From the NCBI RefSeq assembly GCF_018350175.1, contig NC_058368.1:16432001-16496000 (forward strand): DNA of 64,000 nucleotides. The letters run 5' to 3'. Positions within the stretch are counted from its first letter, which is position 1. The number at the start of each line of letters is the position of its first letter. This document shows positions 27,602-41,571 of the stretch, piece by piece. This stretch comes from Felis catus. Lineage: Eukaryota. A program made the translations under genes and the position numbers. The notes below the pieces were generated by a model. That model saw only the letters and a list, made by a program, of their open reading frames with translations. It was not told the DNA's origin and did not search any database.

Positions 27602-28142
27602 TGAATATCTTTTTAAATGAATGGTCATAGTAATAGCTATTTCCAAAGGAATAACTTCTTTGCAGCGCATTCGTAGGGCTTACTGTGCAGGGAATTGTAC
27701 TTTGAAAATGTAGGTGTGATAAAAATGTGTCCGTGACAATCTAATTATAACTTTATTTGAGTTGAAATAATGGATTAATTGGTAATGGAATAAACAAATC
27801 TCTGATTCTAGCTTAAAAATTCCTAAATTCTATAACCTTTAAGGTTTTTTTCTTCCCACCCTGAGGCTTAAGTTCCTAAAATTTATGGATCACCCAAATG
27901 TCGACAGAGTCCACATTGATTATTTTTCCTACCATTCAAGATATGAGTCTCACAGTAAGATGTAACTGACACATTTAAGAGAGAAACTGGTAGTTTATGA
28001 AGATGTTTAAACTTCTTTGATATAGTAGCTTCTTTAATACAGTAGCTTTCTGTATTTCTTTGCATTTGTTTCACATTAAATGCTCGACTTGTTTAGCTTG
28101 CCCAGTGAGTGTAGACATCAACTTTCCTCAGTGTAATGCGAT

Positions 28143-28590
28143 GCTGTCCCATGAAATATAATGGAAACATATGTATAATTTAAAATTTTCTAATAGACAC
28201 ATTTTTAAAAAGAGAAAAAAACAGGTGAAATTAATCTTAATAATAGATTTAATTTAATAAAACATCTGAAATTTTATTTTGAGATGAAAGCAATATAAAA
28301 TTAATAAGTTTTTTTCATTCTTTTTTCTTTTTCCTTTTTTTTTTTGCACCAAGACTTTTTTTTTAAGTTTATTTATTTTGAGAGAAAGAGAAGGAGAGGG
28401 AGAGGGAGAGGGATAGGAAAAGAAAGTGGAGAGAGAGAGCATCCCAAGCAGGGTCTCGAATCCATGAATTGTGAGATCATGACCTGGTCCAAAATCAAGA
28501 GTCAGAGGCTAACCAACTGAACCACCCAGGTTCACCTGGACCAAGACTTTTAAATCTGGTATGTATTTGATATTTAGGCAATACTTGAAA
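28143..28590. mobile_element. MER33-like hAT-Charlie transposon interrupted by a CAN-SINE (28360-28539, minus)
   Basis: gctgtcccatgaaatataatg...aaacaggtgaaattaatcttaataata; SINE flanked by TSD accaagactttt (28348-28359 and 28540-28551); the transposon resumes at aaatctggtatgtattt. Confidence 0.8.
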
Positions 28591-29524
28591 TTTTAAAAGA
28601 AATCTCTAAGAATGTCACTGAGTAATGATTACAGATTATGGTAATTTTGTTGTTTCGGTGGCTGTTAATAAAAGTCTATTTTAGAGGAGAGTGACTGTAC
28701 TTATTTCCCTGGCTGCTCTTCTCTCCAAAGGGTGACAAACAGGCAGTCACTTACATTTAATGATTCTTGCACATCTTCCTCCCCCCCCCCCACCATCCCT
28801 AATGCTACATGGTGTAGAAGGTTTGCACCTCTCTCTCCCCTATGGTGTCCCTTCCTTATAGAGCCAAAACAACATTAAATAATGGGAATCTGTAAGCTCT
28901 GTTCTTAGGATGTATTTTGGAAGCAGATAGTGTTGCCCCAGGCAGTGGACAGGCAACGGCCTGCTCCTACACATTTCTCATTGCTGCCTGATCAATAAGC
29001 AACCCACTGGTGTTAATAGCTCCTATTTTAAATGTAAATAACACTGCAATAATTCAGTCTATCTGTCAATGACAACTTTATAGGTAATATTTTTGAACAG
29101 GAAATCAGATTACTTTCCTCCTTGCTAAGATGATCTTTAAGAACAGGAGAGGGCTGTTTGGTTTTAATTTGGGAGCATTTCCTCAGTGGATTGACCTGAG
29201 AAAATTTCTGCCAAAAGAGAAACTCATGCCAAAAGAGACATGCCCTGGAGGAGGCATGTCTAAAGATGGGTGACAGACCAAAATGGATGAGAGGGGGCAA
29301 AGAGATATGGCCTGCATATTAGCAAACAGCTCAATGCCTGGAATCTTACAATTGTAAATGCTTGGCTCATTATTTATCTGCTTTTATGTCTCAAAGGAGA
29401 GAGAAATAGATGATATTTGCTTCTAACGCTTAAGATGCACGTGATCGAACAGCTGAATTATCAAAACATAGGTTCACACACGATTCATCTCTCAGACATA
29501 CAAAGATTTGTCTTCCTTAGAAAG

Positions 29525-29655
29525 TTAGAAGTGGAAGATACTTCAAAAATCATCAAGGCTCACCTTTTCATTTACAAGCAGGGAATTGAGGTCCATGGAG
29601 GTCAGATGAATTTTCCAGAGCCACAAAACTAGTTAGCGGCAGAGGCAGATTTAGT
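29525..29655 (-). mobile_element. MIR-family remnant
   Basis: tcatttacaagcagggaattgaggtccatggaggtcagatgaattttccagagccacaaaactagttagcggcagag. Confidence 0.7.
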
Positions 29656-30191
29656 TCCCTATCAGATGTGGTGCTGACTGGGACTGTGGGGTAAGGGGCT
29701 GGAGCTCAGGACTGAAGTCAGCCCCTTATAATGAAGTCAAAGTTGCATGGCTATAATCCCAACCCAGTAATTACAGTTTTGGGGTATGTCAGTACCACTA
29801 CCATAGCCTTGTACCATTCTGCATTCTTTTATGTAGACCGTGAAAGACATGAAATCAATAATACTCGTGTAACCAAGCTCTAAAATTTGGATGAAATAAA
29901 AGCTAAATATTCAGTTCCAAAGGGCTTCGCGGTCAAGAGGGCTTTTCTTTTCTTTCTTCTGATCTTATGAGTGCCTGAGATTATTGTAGACTCTGTATAT
30001 CATGATCTATATAACAAATAACTGTGAAGGAACTAGTCCCCTCCAAAGAGAAAGAAGTATTTATTTCTGCTGCCTATCCTCTGTTACTTAGCGTTTTCTA
30101 AAGGGAATTACAAGAACGTCTCAAGCTTAAATGATTGAGAGAGAAGAGTAATTTTACATGGGGTGAGAGATAGTAGCTTGGACATATATAA

Positions 30192-30381
<190 letters not shown>

Positions 30382-30729
30382 ACCCCTTGGGTTGTTTGTT
30401 TTGCAGTTTAGTTTAGCTTTTCTCGAACTTCCCAGACAAGGCAGAAATTCTAGAGGGTCAAGTAGAGGGATCACCTACTGATCCTCAGGGCTGTGGAACA
30501 ATTTTCCCCTCTAAAGGAGACAAATGCTCAGGACATGGGAAGATGAATGCAGGCATCATATTTAATGAGAATCTGTGCATTCCTCGGTGCTATCTCACCT
30601 CTTCTGCAGGGTGTGACCGGGGTTCAGTCCTCAGGGCCCCTTTCCCTCCCTCCACATCTGCAAGCAAGCGCTAAGAGAAGGGTTTCCCCCCTTCTATTTC
30701 CTGCTCTGCTCCCATTGCTTTGACCCGAG

Positions 30730-31365
30730 CTGCTGTCATTTCCTGTCTGAAATTCTTTAGTTTTTTGCCCCACTCTATTCTAAACCCAGCACCTAAAGTG
30801 ATCTTTCCAAAATGCAACTCTACTCACACCACTTCCTCTGCTTAAAGCCGTTTAAAAGCTTCTTGCAGTGTTTAGGAGGAAAACAACTTCTTAATGAGGA
30901 TGTGTGCGACTGGCCGCTGTTCACCACTTTCCTGAGTTTCTTGTACCTCTAGCCTTTTGTTCTCTGTGCTCTAGTCCAGCTCCCTCACCACAGAATCACC
31001 CTGCAGGGTGCCCCCTTTGTCTGCAATATTATCCACACCTTTCTCCCCCTCCATACATTCACACTCCTTCCCTCTTTATCTCCCATTCCTTAGTCAGTCT
31101 GCCTGGAACATCTAGGCTAGTTTAGATTGCCTGTGTGCATTGTTATATAGCTTCTAATATTCTCCTTCATTAACCTTTACAAAGACTGCACAAATACACT
31201 TATTTGGATAATTTTTTTAATGTTGTTCTCCCCTAATAGACTACTAGTTACATAAGGGCAGAAACTATACTTGTCATATTCATCTCTGCATTCTCAATGC
31301 CTACTAATGTCTGGCACATGTAGGTTCACAAATAATATTTGTTTAATGAATGAGAAATAAATGTA
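30730..31365 (+). mobile_element. L2 LINE 3' end
   Basis: gtgatctttccaaaatgcaac...cctctgcttaaa ... tagact...agggcag...tgtctggcacatgtaggttcacaaataatatttgtttaatgaatga. Confidence 0.8.
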
Positions 31366-34300
31366 TGTTTGGATACATCAATAAATGGATGAAAGCAATG
31401 TGATTCTTTTCTCTTTTCCTCTAAAATAGTTTTCAGTGCCCCATGGAATTTGCAGGAGTCTCATGGTCTGAACTTGTCTATGCCTCACTCCCAGACTTGG
31501 CCATGATTTCCTGGGATCTTCACCTGTCTATGCCTGGACAGTATAATATAAGCCACCTGACGTTGCCAAAGCTGACGTGGCATTGCCATTTGCAGGCTAG
31601 ACACTCATATTGCCTGTGCCAATAAGTAGACCTATAAGGAAACCAACAAGTAATCCTTTTAGCTTGGGTTAAGTAGTAACAGATAACACCAGAATCTTCT
31701 GGTTCACAGAAAGAATAATCTGGTGTTCTATAAAGGATCTAGGCTCCAGAGCCAGAAAGACCTGTCTGTACAATGAAGATTATAAAAATAGCTGCCCTTT
31801 TTTTAAAAGAATAAAATGAAACAAAATACGAAAAGTAATTATCGCAGTACCAAGCACAAAAATGTTATTAATTCTTTCTTCCTTCCCATCTTCCTTCCCA
31901 ATGCACATTTCTGCATCGAGGCATTACATAGCTCAAAGCAATTTACAAATATTTCTCCATTCACTTGCAACTTGATAGTGAAAATTGGCTAGGTTCAATC
32001 ATGAATTGGTGACTCTGGGCATTGCATCTGACCTTATAAGAAATTATTATTCGTTGGATCACAACATCATAGGCAGTTTTGTCACACAAGACACCTGTAA
32101 AATGTGCCAGTTGAAATGTGATCTTGGTAATCATCCAGAATTGGCAATAGGAAAACCTGTCTCTTCCTCTCTTCTCCTGTTCACCATGTGTGGAGGTTTG
32201 ACAGTGGCCAGAATTGAGTTCCTGGCCAGGAACTATCCCTGCCAACCTAGGAGAGACACAGTAAGATGACTCTGAGAAGCCATGGTAATGTGACTCAGTT
32301 TCCCACTCCTCAGGAGCCAGGGGCATGCCTAAGGTTCCCTATTAATTTTTTACATACCGGCTTTTGGCACGTCCTTAAGAGCCTCTTGACTTAGTAAATC
32401 TTGGCTAGAATTAAATATGCTGTTTTAAGAGTTTGTGTGTATTTTAAAGACTAGGAGGAACATGTAAACTTTCCTTTTTCTCTTTCAGCTGCAAATCAAA
32501 AGCAGAGAAAAAATGTTGTTAAACATATTTGAATTTTTTTTTCCAGGAGAAAGTACCTTCTGTGGTTGTTGTGACTTCTGCACAGTGTCTCAGATGGGGT
32601 CATGCTTGGGCTAACACTTTATCCTCATACTTTAAGAAGATATTAAAGAAATATAAGCATTACAAGTAAGAAGATGAACAAGTTCATTAAAGAATGGGCA
32701 CTTCCTAGAATAAGAGATAAAGAACTAAAAAAAGTTTGAATTGGCGAATGTATTAAATAGTGACCTTCTAAGGAATGTAGAGGTACATCTCTATCTTACC
32801 ACTAAAAATTCCCAGTGAAGCCTGTACTTACTAAATTTAAATTGTTTTCAATTAAACTTTGAGTCATAAAGTTACAAATCAATAGACTTTAAAACTGTTC
32901 ATTTAAACTTACACTTCTATTTCATACCAACATTTTACGAACAAGAGTTTCTTTGCCGTACATTTGCCAATAAGGGCTATTTCACGAAAAGACCGCTGGC
33001 TTTGGGTTTCTAGCCAAGTTTTGTATAGGAAAACTTGTAAACAGAGTTATTCTTTTTCAAAATAAAGCTGAACTCTGAGCCTACATAGCACACTAAGAAA
33101 GTGGTTGATGCTAACTCAGAATCTCAAAGCTTACTGAGGAAGTGGTTAATATTGTACATATGTGGTGGGGGTGGGGGCAGAGGGGATGGTTTACTCTGAG
33201 GACTTATAAGACCTTAGTGGTGAAATATGAATGCTGATTCTTAAATATTTTTGACATAAAATCTCGAATAAACAGATCTTAAAAAAACACAATCTTTCTA
33301 CTTAAGGGCTATTTTTAATCACTGCAAGTCTCAACAAGCATGATATTTTTAAACTAGGAAGCTGGAAAAAAAATTTATTTTTAAATTGTCCTCTGCAAGT
33401 TTATTTTCCTCATAGCAGCTTCTCTTGGGTACATCTAAGTTGAGTTCTTTTTTTTCTAGGTTCATATAGAAGACTATGGTGAGACAGAAGTTTGGTGTGG
33501 GGAGTGGTAAAATATCACAGGCTGACTATGTATTTATATGCACATGCCCAGTAGTTTAACTCTCTGACGTGGAGACTTATAGAGATGCTATCCTAACATA
33601 CATGGGTAGAAAACAAAAACATCAAAACTGAGGCTTCCCAGGAGACACTAGCTCATTCCCATGACATTTCATATTCCCAATGTTTTACAGGAAGCTACAA
33701 GAGAGAGAGAGACAGGTTCAAGATCAGTTTTCAAAACTGATAATAGAACTTACTTGAAGTGAATTTAGAGATTTCAGATGGCTTATGCTGGAGTCTTTCA
33801 CAAAAAAATGAGCAACTAATAGATAAAGATATCAGAAGATAGTTTAGATCAGAATACTACTTTTGTTTTACACTCTGAAAGCATTTAAATCTACATTTTA
33901 ACTGCCACTGGTTCGTTAATATTATATTGAAAGATGGTAAAATATTTCAGACTTAAGATATTGCCCATAATAATGAAAAATATTGCAGTGACACTAATAT
34001 AGAGGCTCACAAATGCTTAAAGGAAGGGTTTGTAAACATATGATTAGTGTTTTTAAAAAAGTGGTTAGCATCCTGTATTTTGTTGGCACTTTTCTGCTGG
34101 TGATTGTTTTCGAATAACATCATTTCAGTGAGAGAAGAATTACAATGGGAAAGCTAACTAATGACCTCATCTTGATTAATTCAAAAATATCTTCAGCCAT
34201 CAATCAGGATCTAGGTCACATTTTATATTCTCAGATTTTGCAATGAATGAAAAAGAAAAACTACTTTAGTGTAGTTTACTCCCTGTCTGGGGACATAGGT

Positions 34301-34878
34301 AACAAAACAAAATAAAAACAACACATGATATATAAGTATGTGAAATAGTTAATAAAATAGTGAGAATTGTTTACAAACTTTGAGAACATCATGAAGATTT
34401 AGGCTGTAATCAGAGTGAAATTGATAGCCACTGGAAAGTGTTAGATAGGGTACAGTGAACAATGACATTATGTGTTTTACGCTTCAGTTCAGAAGCAGGG
34501 ACAAACCCAAGAGGTATTATGAACATAAGTGTAGCAAAAGTTGGTCATCAGACATGAGGCATAATGGAGAGAAAATGCTCCTGTTTGTGATATTGATATT
34601 GACTGAGTTAGGACAGACTGCTTTTAGGAAGCAACACAGATTTAATTTTAACATTGTAGTTGACTTTGTAGAGATTGCTGGTATGTGGGAACAGGGATGG
34701 AAACTATGCTTTATCTTGCATGCCAACACAAGTTTTTAGTAATCGGGGTGTGGATCATGTACAGAACAGGAGTATGAGGCCAAGTTAGAATTCAGAGGAA
34801 AAATTTATCTTGTGTAATGCCTCTGATTTCTGTAGTTGAGTTTCAATTCTGGTGTAGCTGAACATTTTCTTTCTAGAC

Positions 34879-34990
34879 TGTTATGAGCTGAATTTTGTTG
34901 TCTCAAGATCGATATGCTAACCCCAAGTACCTCAAAATGTGATTGTGTTTGGAGATAGGGTTTTTAAAGAGGTAATGAAGTTAAAATGAC
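34879..34990 (+). mobile_element. MLT1 LTR 5' fragment
   Basis: tgttatgagctgaatt...ctaaccccaagtacctcaaaatgtgattgtgtttggagatagggtttttaaagaggtaat. Confidence 0.75.
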
Positions 34991-36376
34991 AGATACATAT
35001 AAGTGTCAGTAAAGCTAATTCTTTGTACTTGTAATGTTGTGCAACTTTTAGTCAAGAGTGGATTTATTTTTCCATTTTCCACTTGAACACCTATTTCCCA
35101 CATTGCTAATGAGAGTTTTACTTGGGTACATTATACTTCATTTTCAATTCTTTAGGGATATATATTTAATATACAGAGACACAGCTGAGGAAATTTATGC
35201 AACCAACAATTGGTGGAGTTTAATCTTTAAATGCATGGATTTGTCAGTGATTTACACAGTGAACACATGGGCTCATGTAAAAATATTTACCACTGTCTGG
35301 CAAAATATTTATTATGAATACCTGGGAGAATTTGAAGAAAAGTACTGTGAAGAGACACATCCCCCACAAAGAGCTGCTTCCTCCTAACCTCACAGATAAA
35401 ACACAAAGGCTTCCAAGAGCCAGACTATGAATAGCTCTATTCCATTAAAGAAGGAAGAAGTCTTCTTCACATATAGTCTGCACCTTTCCGTTTTTCATAA
35501 CTTCTTATATAGAAAATAGTTCACTGCTAAATAAGAATGGAAAAAACTTCTAGTTTCTATATGGATTTTTCTCCAAATACCTTAAAAAGTTTAGCAAATG
35601 CACTAGTAAATTTAGAATTGTTGCTATTATCTATCTACTTATCTAAGTATTTTTAAGTTTTTAAACTTTTAAACTTATACAGTAAGTCATTTCTTGAAAT
35701 GCAAAAGACTGTTAATGAAAATCCCCTTAGGGACTTTGTTAAGTGACATTCAAAACATAGAATTCAATATGATTGTTTAAGTCTGGGGCTTTCAAAGAGG
35801 GGATCTTGAGGTTTATGCTACACTCTTTTTATCAGAGTATTGCAAAGGAGTTTCTGCCCATTGTGCTTGATCTTACTGGGTATCCCTGACCATTATAAAG
35901 CTTTCCAGAATGACAACCAATCATATAGGTGGATTTTTGAACCCTGCAAACCCTGTAATTTTACCTTTGAAAATGTTACTAAAGGTTCAAAGATTGTTCA
36001 ACTTTAACTTCAAACTGATTCATTTATAAATAACATAGAAGAAATATTTTCCAATTAATTTTATTTGAATAAATTTTAATTTCCTCATCTCATACTTCAA
36101 TCTCCTATTATAAGAGCAGTGCAATTTGTGGACTATTTTAATTTATGACTCTTCTGGCAGAAAGTCCTAGTCAAGAATCAGTATTATCATATTAACACTC
36201 ATTTGAATATTATGGCAGAAGATTATGAATTATCCTCTTTGATAGATCAAATTGGATGTAACCAGAAGACTTAAATTTGCTTGGCCACTGACTTAAGTAA
36301 TGGTAGACATCCAGTACTTAAGGTACTCATTAGGTATTTGGTAGATCTATTTAACCCAACATATTACCAATATCTC

Positions 36377-36596
36377 TTTTTAAGTTTATTAATTTATTGT
36401 TGAGAGAGAGAGAGGCAGCAAGCAAGCATGAGCAGGGGAGGGGAAATAAGAGAGAGGGAGATAGAGAATCCCAAGCAGACTTTGTCCTGTCAGCACAGAG
36501 CTCAACACAGGGCTCAAACTCACAAACCATGAGATCGCGACCTGAGCTGAAATTAAGAGTCAGATGCTTAACCCACTGAGCCACTCAGGTACCCCT
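36377..36596 (-). mobile_element. CAN-SINE
   Basis: Reverse-complement SINEC ending ctgagccactcaggtacccc. Confidence 0.92.
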
Positions 36597-37097
36597 ATAA
36601 TACCATAAAAGAAGAATAATTTTTCATATATAAAATTCTTAGATATTTTTTAAGTTCTAATTTTTTAGACCTACCCAATACATTGTTTTCAACAATGTTC
36701 TCATAGACAAGATGACCCATTTTTTCCAATCAGTACACATGAAAATATGGAAGTAGTATTCACATTTCAAAATATGATAGTCTTTATTTATACATAGCAA
36801 TAAATGCATGAATTTAAGACCAAGTAACAACTACTTCTTTTGATTTTATTTTTATTCATTCTGATATTAGATAGTAAATGAACATTTGCTATGCAACATT
36901 AATTATTACATGAGGAACAGGGAGTAACATGAATAAGACAAAATTCCTGCACTTAAAAATAGTATACTGAGGGAACAGAAATGCAGATAAGTAAATATGA
37001 GATGTCTTGGTGTGAAATTATAAAGATTTGTAAGAGTACAAAGGAGGGATAGTTAATAGAGGGCTAGGGAGGAAGGGCTGACTGAATCTTGATGGGA

Positions 37098-37767
37098 TTA
37101 TTTCACTTAGCATAATGTCCTCCAACTTTATCCTTGTTGTTGCAAATGGCAGGATTTCCTCCTCTTTTTTATGGTTGAATGATATTCCATTATGTATATA
37201 TCAGATTTTATCTATCTATTCATCTGTTGACAGTTATTTCCATACCTTGGCTATTGTGAATAATGCAATGAACATGGGTATGCAGGTATTTCTTTCAGAT
37301 ACTGAGTTCGTTTCTTTTGAATATATGCCTCAACATGGGATTACAGGATCATATGATAATTGTATTTTTAATTTTTTGAAGGACTTTCATAGTGTTTTCC
37401 ATAATGACTGTAAAGCCAGACACAGAAAGACCAATATTATATGATCTGACTTGTATGTGGAATCTAGTAGAGTTGAACTCAGAGAGGCAAAGAGTGTAAT
37501 GGTGACTTCCAGGGGCTATGGGGGTGAGGAAATGGGAGGATTTAAGGCAAAGGGTACAATAATAATACTGTAAGGCATACTTGAAATTTGCTAAGAGAGT
37601 ACATTTTAAGTGTTTCCACCACATATACACAAAATGTAATTATGTGATATGAGAAATGCATTAATAGCTTGATAGTGGTAATTATTTCACAAATTATATC
37701 AAGTTATGTTGGATACTTCAAATGTATACAATTTTAATGTCTCAGTTATATCTCAATAAAGCTGGAA
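37098..37767. mobile_element. LINE-1 (L1MA-like) with 5' inversion: 37098-37412 minus, 37413-37767 plus
   Basis: Minus part starts ttatttcacttagcat; plus part starts aagccagacacagaaagac and ends tctcaataaagctgg. The two are consecutive in L1 consensus order. Confidence 0.85.
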
Positions 37768-37874
37768 GGATAATCCTAATGAAATAATACTTGATAGGAT
37801 TTGTGATACCTTAGTACTATATGAGTCCCATCAAAAAAGGGTGTCAAGATCTCTCTCTCTTTACACATATATAG

Positions 37875-39620
37875 AGATAAAATAGGAGAACATCTTCATA
37901 ATCTTGCTTTTGGAAGCCTTTCTAAACAAGACAGATATTTGAAAATACATAGGTATATGTCTGAAAGATTTGAGTGCAGCAAAATGTAAAATGTTATACA
38001 CCAAAAGAACAAACACAAGAATATCTGCAATACACAAGCAGAAGATTGATATTAATAATATATAAAGTATATTTACAAGTCAATAAAGAAGAAACACTTG
38101 ATCCAATAGAAAAATGGATAAAGAATATAATTGTGTGGAGTATTATTCAGCCATCAAAAAGAATTAAATCTTGCCATTTGCGACGACAGGGATGGAGCTA
38201 GACATGTATTATGCTAAGCAAATGAGTCAGTCAGAAGGACAAATACCATATAATTTCATTCATATGTGGAATTTAAGAAAAAAAAACAGATGAACATAGG
38301 GGAAGGGGAGAAAAAGAGAAGGAGGCAAGCCATAAGAGACGCTTAACTATAGAGAACAAACTGAGGGCTAATGGAGGGGAAGTGGGTGGGTGATGGGATG
38401 AGTGGTGACGGGGATTAAGGAGAGCACTTGTGATGGGCACTGTGTGTTACATGTAAGTGATGAATCACTAAACTCTACTCCTAAAACCAATATTACTATG
38501 TTAACTAACTAGAATTGAAATAAAAATTTGAAGTAACAAAAAAGAATATGATCATGCATGACAAGCCCAAAATATACAAGGCTATTGAATATCTAAGACT
38601 ATTATCAATTATGCTAATATACTGAAGGTAAATTAAAACAATTAAATATTTCCTCTTATTAGATTTATAAAATTCAAAAAGAATAATATATCTAGGGGTT
38701 GGCAGGTGTGAAAGGAAATAGATACTCTTATCCACTATTGGTGGGGGTATAAATCATTGTATTTTTTTTTTTCATTTTTTTTACCACATTTATTTTTGAG
38801 ACAGAGAGAGAGACAGAGCATGAACACGGGAGGGGCAGAGAGAGAGGGAGACACAGAATCTGAAACAGGCTACAGGCTCTGAGCGGTCAGCACAGAGCCC
38901 GACGTGGGGCTCGAACTCACGGACCACGAGATCATGACCTGAGCCGAAGTCGGCCGCTTAACCGACTGAGCCACCCAGGTGCCCCATAAATCATTGTATT
39001 TTTAATAGGAAAAAAATTGATCTATAAAATTTTATAAAATATCTATTTTGATGGTACTATTCCTCTTCAAAAAATCTATCCTACAAACATATCTGGCTCA
39101 TCAGTACAAAGATATTTTTACAAAAAAGTTCTCTGAAGCCTTATTTGTAGTAACGAAAGATTTGGAAAACTGAAATGTCTGCCAATCAAGGATTGAATGC
39201 AAAAAAATAATGATTAATATCTTATTTATTAATTTCATACAGAAATTGATAATGAAGGAAATCTATAATTGTAATATTTTAAATGTCTTCAAGACATACT
39301 AAAGAAAGGGAAAAATAATCACAAAGAATTACATACAGAATAATTCCATTTGTATGCATTTAAAAATAAAAACCTGACCATTTAAAACCATGAATATATA
39401 TACCCGTATGTGTCTAGGTGTGTGCGTTCTGTGTACATGTGGGTGGGGTTGTGTGAGGACAAATATCTAGGGGTATTTCCTGTAATATATTCAGCAATCA
39501 TTCCTAACTCTGGGGAAGGAATTTGGAATAGCAAAAAGAGACTGTAATTATTATCACTCTGCTTTAAACCATTTGAATTTTGTACATTGAGTATATACTT
39601 AGGTATTTATTTCTGTAATT
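37875..39620 (+). mobile_element. Very old L1 (L1ME-like) carrying a nested carnivore L1 3' end (~38132-38540) and a CAN-SINE (38767-38985, minus)
   Basis: Degenerate L1 motifs on both sides of the inserts; aaagaatatRat duplicated around the young L1; SINE TSD ataaatcattgtattttt at 38749-38766 and 38986-39003. Confidence 0.78.
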
Positions 39621-40824
39621 CGTACATATATATATGTATATATGATGATGAAGATGATTTTTTTTATTACATTAAGCTCTAGGAAAGAAGGAGCAGCAAA
39701 CATTTCCTGAAACTGGGAAAACCTAAATTAATTCTTAAAAAGAAGTGAAATTAAATAATGAAAAAAATAGGGGAGCAGGATAATTTCTGGTTACAAAAGT
39801 AAAGATTTTAATTTTGGAAAGAAAAGGAGATACAAAGAGAAAAACAGAAAGCAAATTTTTCAAAATAAAGTATAATTATAAGTTTTTTTTACATTTTTCT
39901 TCATTTCTTTCTTTGGAATAGAGACTAGGTATCACTTAAATAAGCATGAATAAGTTAGTAAAGGAATGGAGAAAGGGATTCCCAAGAGAGGAGATTCATG
40001 TACAAATTTGCAATTAAGTATCATAATGCTTTAGGAAAAGAGGCAATTTTATGGTCTATGCCAAATGAGTTTTAGAGAATTTTATATACCACATGTAAGG
40101 TGGTATATATAAGACAATCATCTGCTCTAATTAGTCACTGGTTTTATTAACCACACAGTTTATTCTGCCAAAGGACAGGTCTATAGAAATTCCATTTCAG
40201 CATCACAGATCAGTTGTTACCTAAAGTGCTGAAATGGAATGACTTCCCTTTTATAATAATATGAACATGAAATATTTCTTTGTTAAGTCTAGATACAGAT
40301 CTCCACAGCTTACAATGGCTATAAATTTATTTCAGCCATTGACATATATTTATTTAATATAAACTACATGTCTATAACTAAACAAGAATAGTATAGAGTG
40401 TTGGCTATGCTCATGTGATTTTAGGGATTTTTACCGAGTTTTTTCATGTAGACTATGAAAAAAAATTATATAAAATATCAGCATTGCAATAGGTAATCAA
40501 GCTAAAGGCACACAAACTTTAGTTAACTTTGAACATACAATGGCAACTAATCTATATTTAAATTCTTTCAGGCTGTATTAGTAAATATTAATGTTATAAT
40601 TGGGAAAATAGTCTTGGGCCTTATTTTATGAAATAGTGTGTTTCCTAATTAGCCTCTTTTGGGGGGCTTCCAGTGACTTTGTGTCTTAAAAACCTGACAG
40701 TAATACATCTAATACTAATCTAATACTAAAACCAGAATGAAAAAGAACAGAAAGTTCCTATGCTACACTCTGGCAGGAATGTCACTTATCCTGAGATGAT
40801 GGCGACATTCCACAATAGTCCAGG

Positions 40825-41050
40825 GCAGTGTGTGCAATGGTTGGTAACAGCCTGTGTGGAATCCTGGCTCCGAAGCTGGGTAGTGCCCTGACATGGGCAA
40901 GGGCACACTTCACCTTCGTGAGACTCAGCTTCCATTCTCTTAAATAGCGTGATAAGAATAACAGCACCTATGGCTATTGTGACAATTAAAGAAATTCCAG
41001 TCTGTAAAGGGCTTAACATGACCCTCAGCACCTACTGAGTACGAGTAACA
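40825..41050 (+). mobile_element. MIR remnant
   Basis: gaatcctggctcc...gacatgggcaagggcacacttcaccttcgtgagactcagcttcc...taacagcacctatgg. Confidence 0.7.
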
Positions 41051-41344
41051 TAGTCTTCTTTGTTTTTATTTTTTACATCTCTAATCAGAATTATTTCAGA
41101 ACTGCTTGAGTTGCTGGTAGCATTGTTGTGAGGATAGAATAATGGCCCAGATGTTCCTGAGAAGGTCTTTTCTGACTTTCTGGAAAGGCCCCAATTTCAA
41201 CCTGAAGCTTTACTTTTTTCAGATAAAATTAATTTGCAAATGCCTGGAGCATAGGAAGCATTCAATACATACTACTTGTTGGCTAAATTCTTGGAAGGTT
41301 GACCTGGTGAGTGTCTGTATGAGTGAGTGACCTCTGGAGGTGAT

Positions 41345-41367
41345 TTTTTAAAAATTTATTTATTTAT

Positions 41368-41403
<36 letters not shown>

Positions 41404-41571
41404 TGTGAGCAGGGGAGGGGCAGAGAGAGGGGGAGAGACAATCCTAAGCAGGTTCCACGCTATCAGCGTAGAGCGCGACTTGGACTCAAACTCATGACAG
41501 TGAGATCATGACCTGAGATGAAAGTAGGAGTCGGATGCTCAACCAACTGACTGAACCACCCAGGCATCCCC
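41345..41571 (-). mobile_element. CAN-SINE with long (GA)n
   Basis: Near-TSD ggaggtgatttt / ggaggggatttt. Confidence 0.92.

Noticed and set aside
31961..32326. 121-aa and 94-aa ORFs in unique sequence
   Set aside because: No recognisable homology or supporting exon structure; the two TRPC4 exons already join in frame without another exon.
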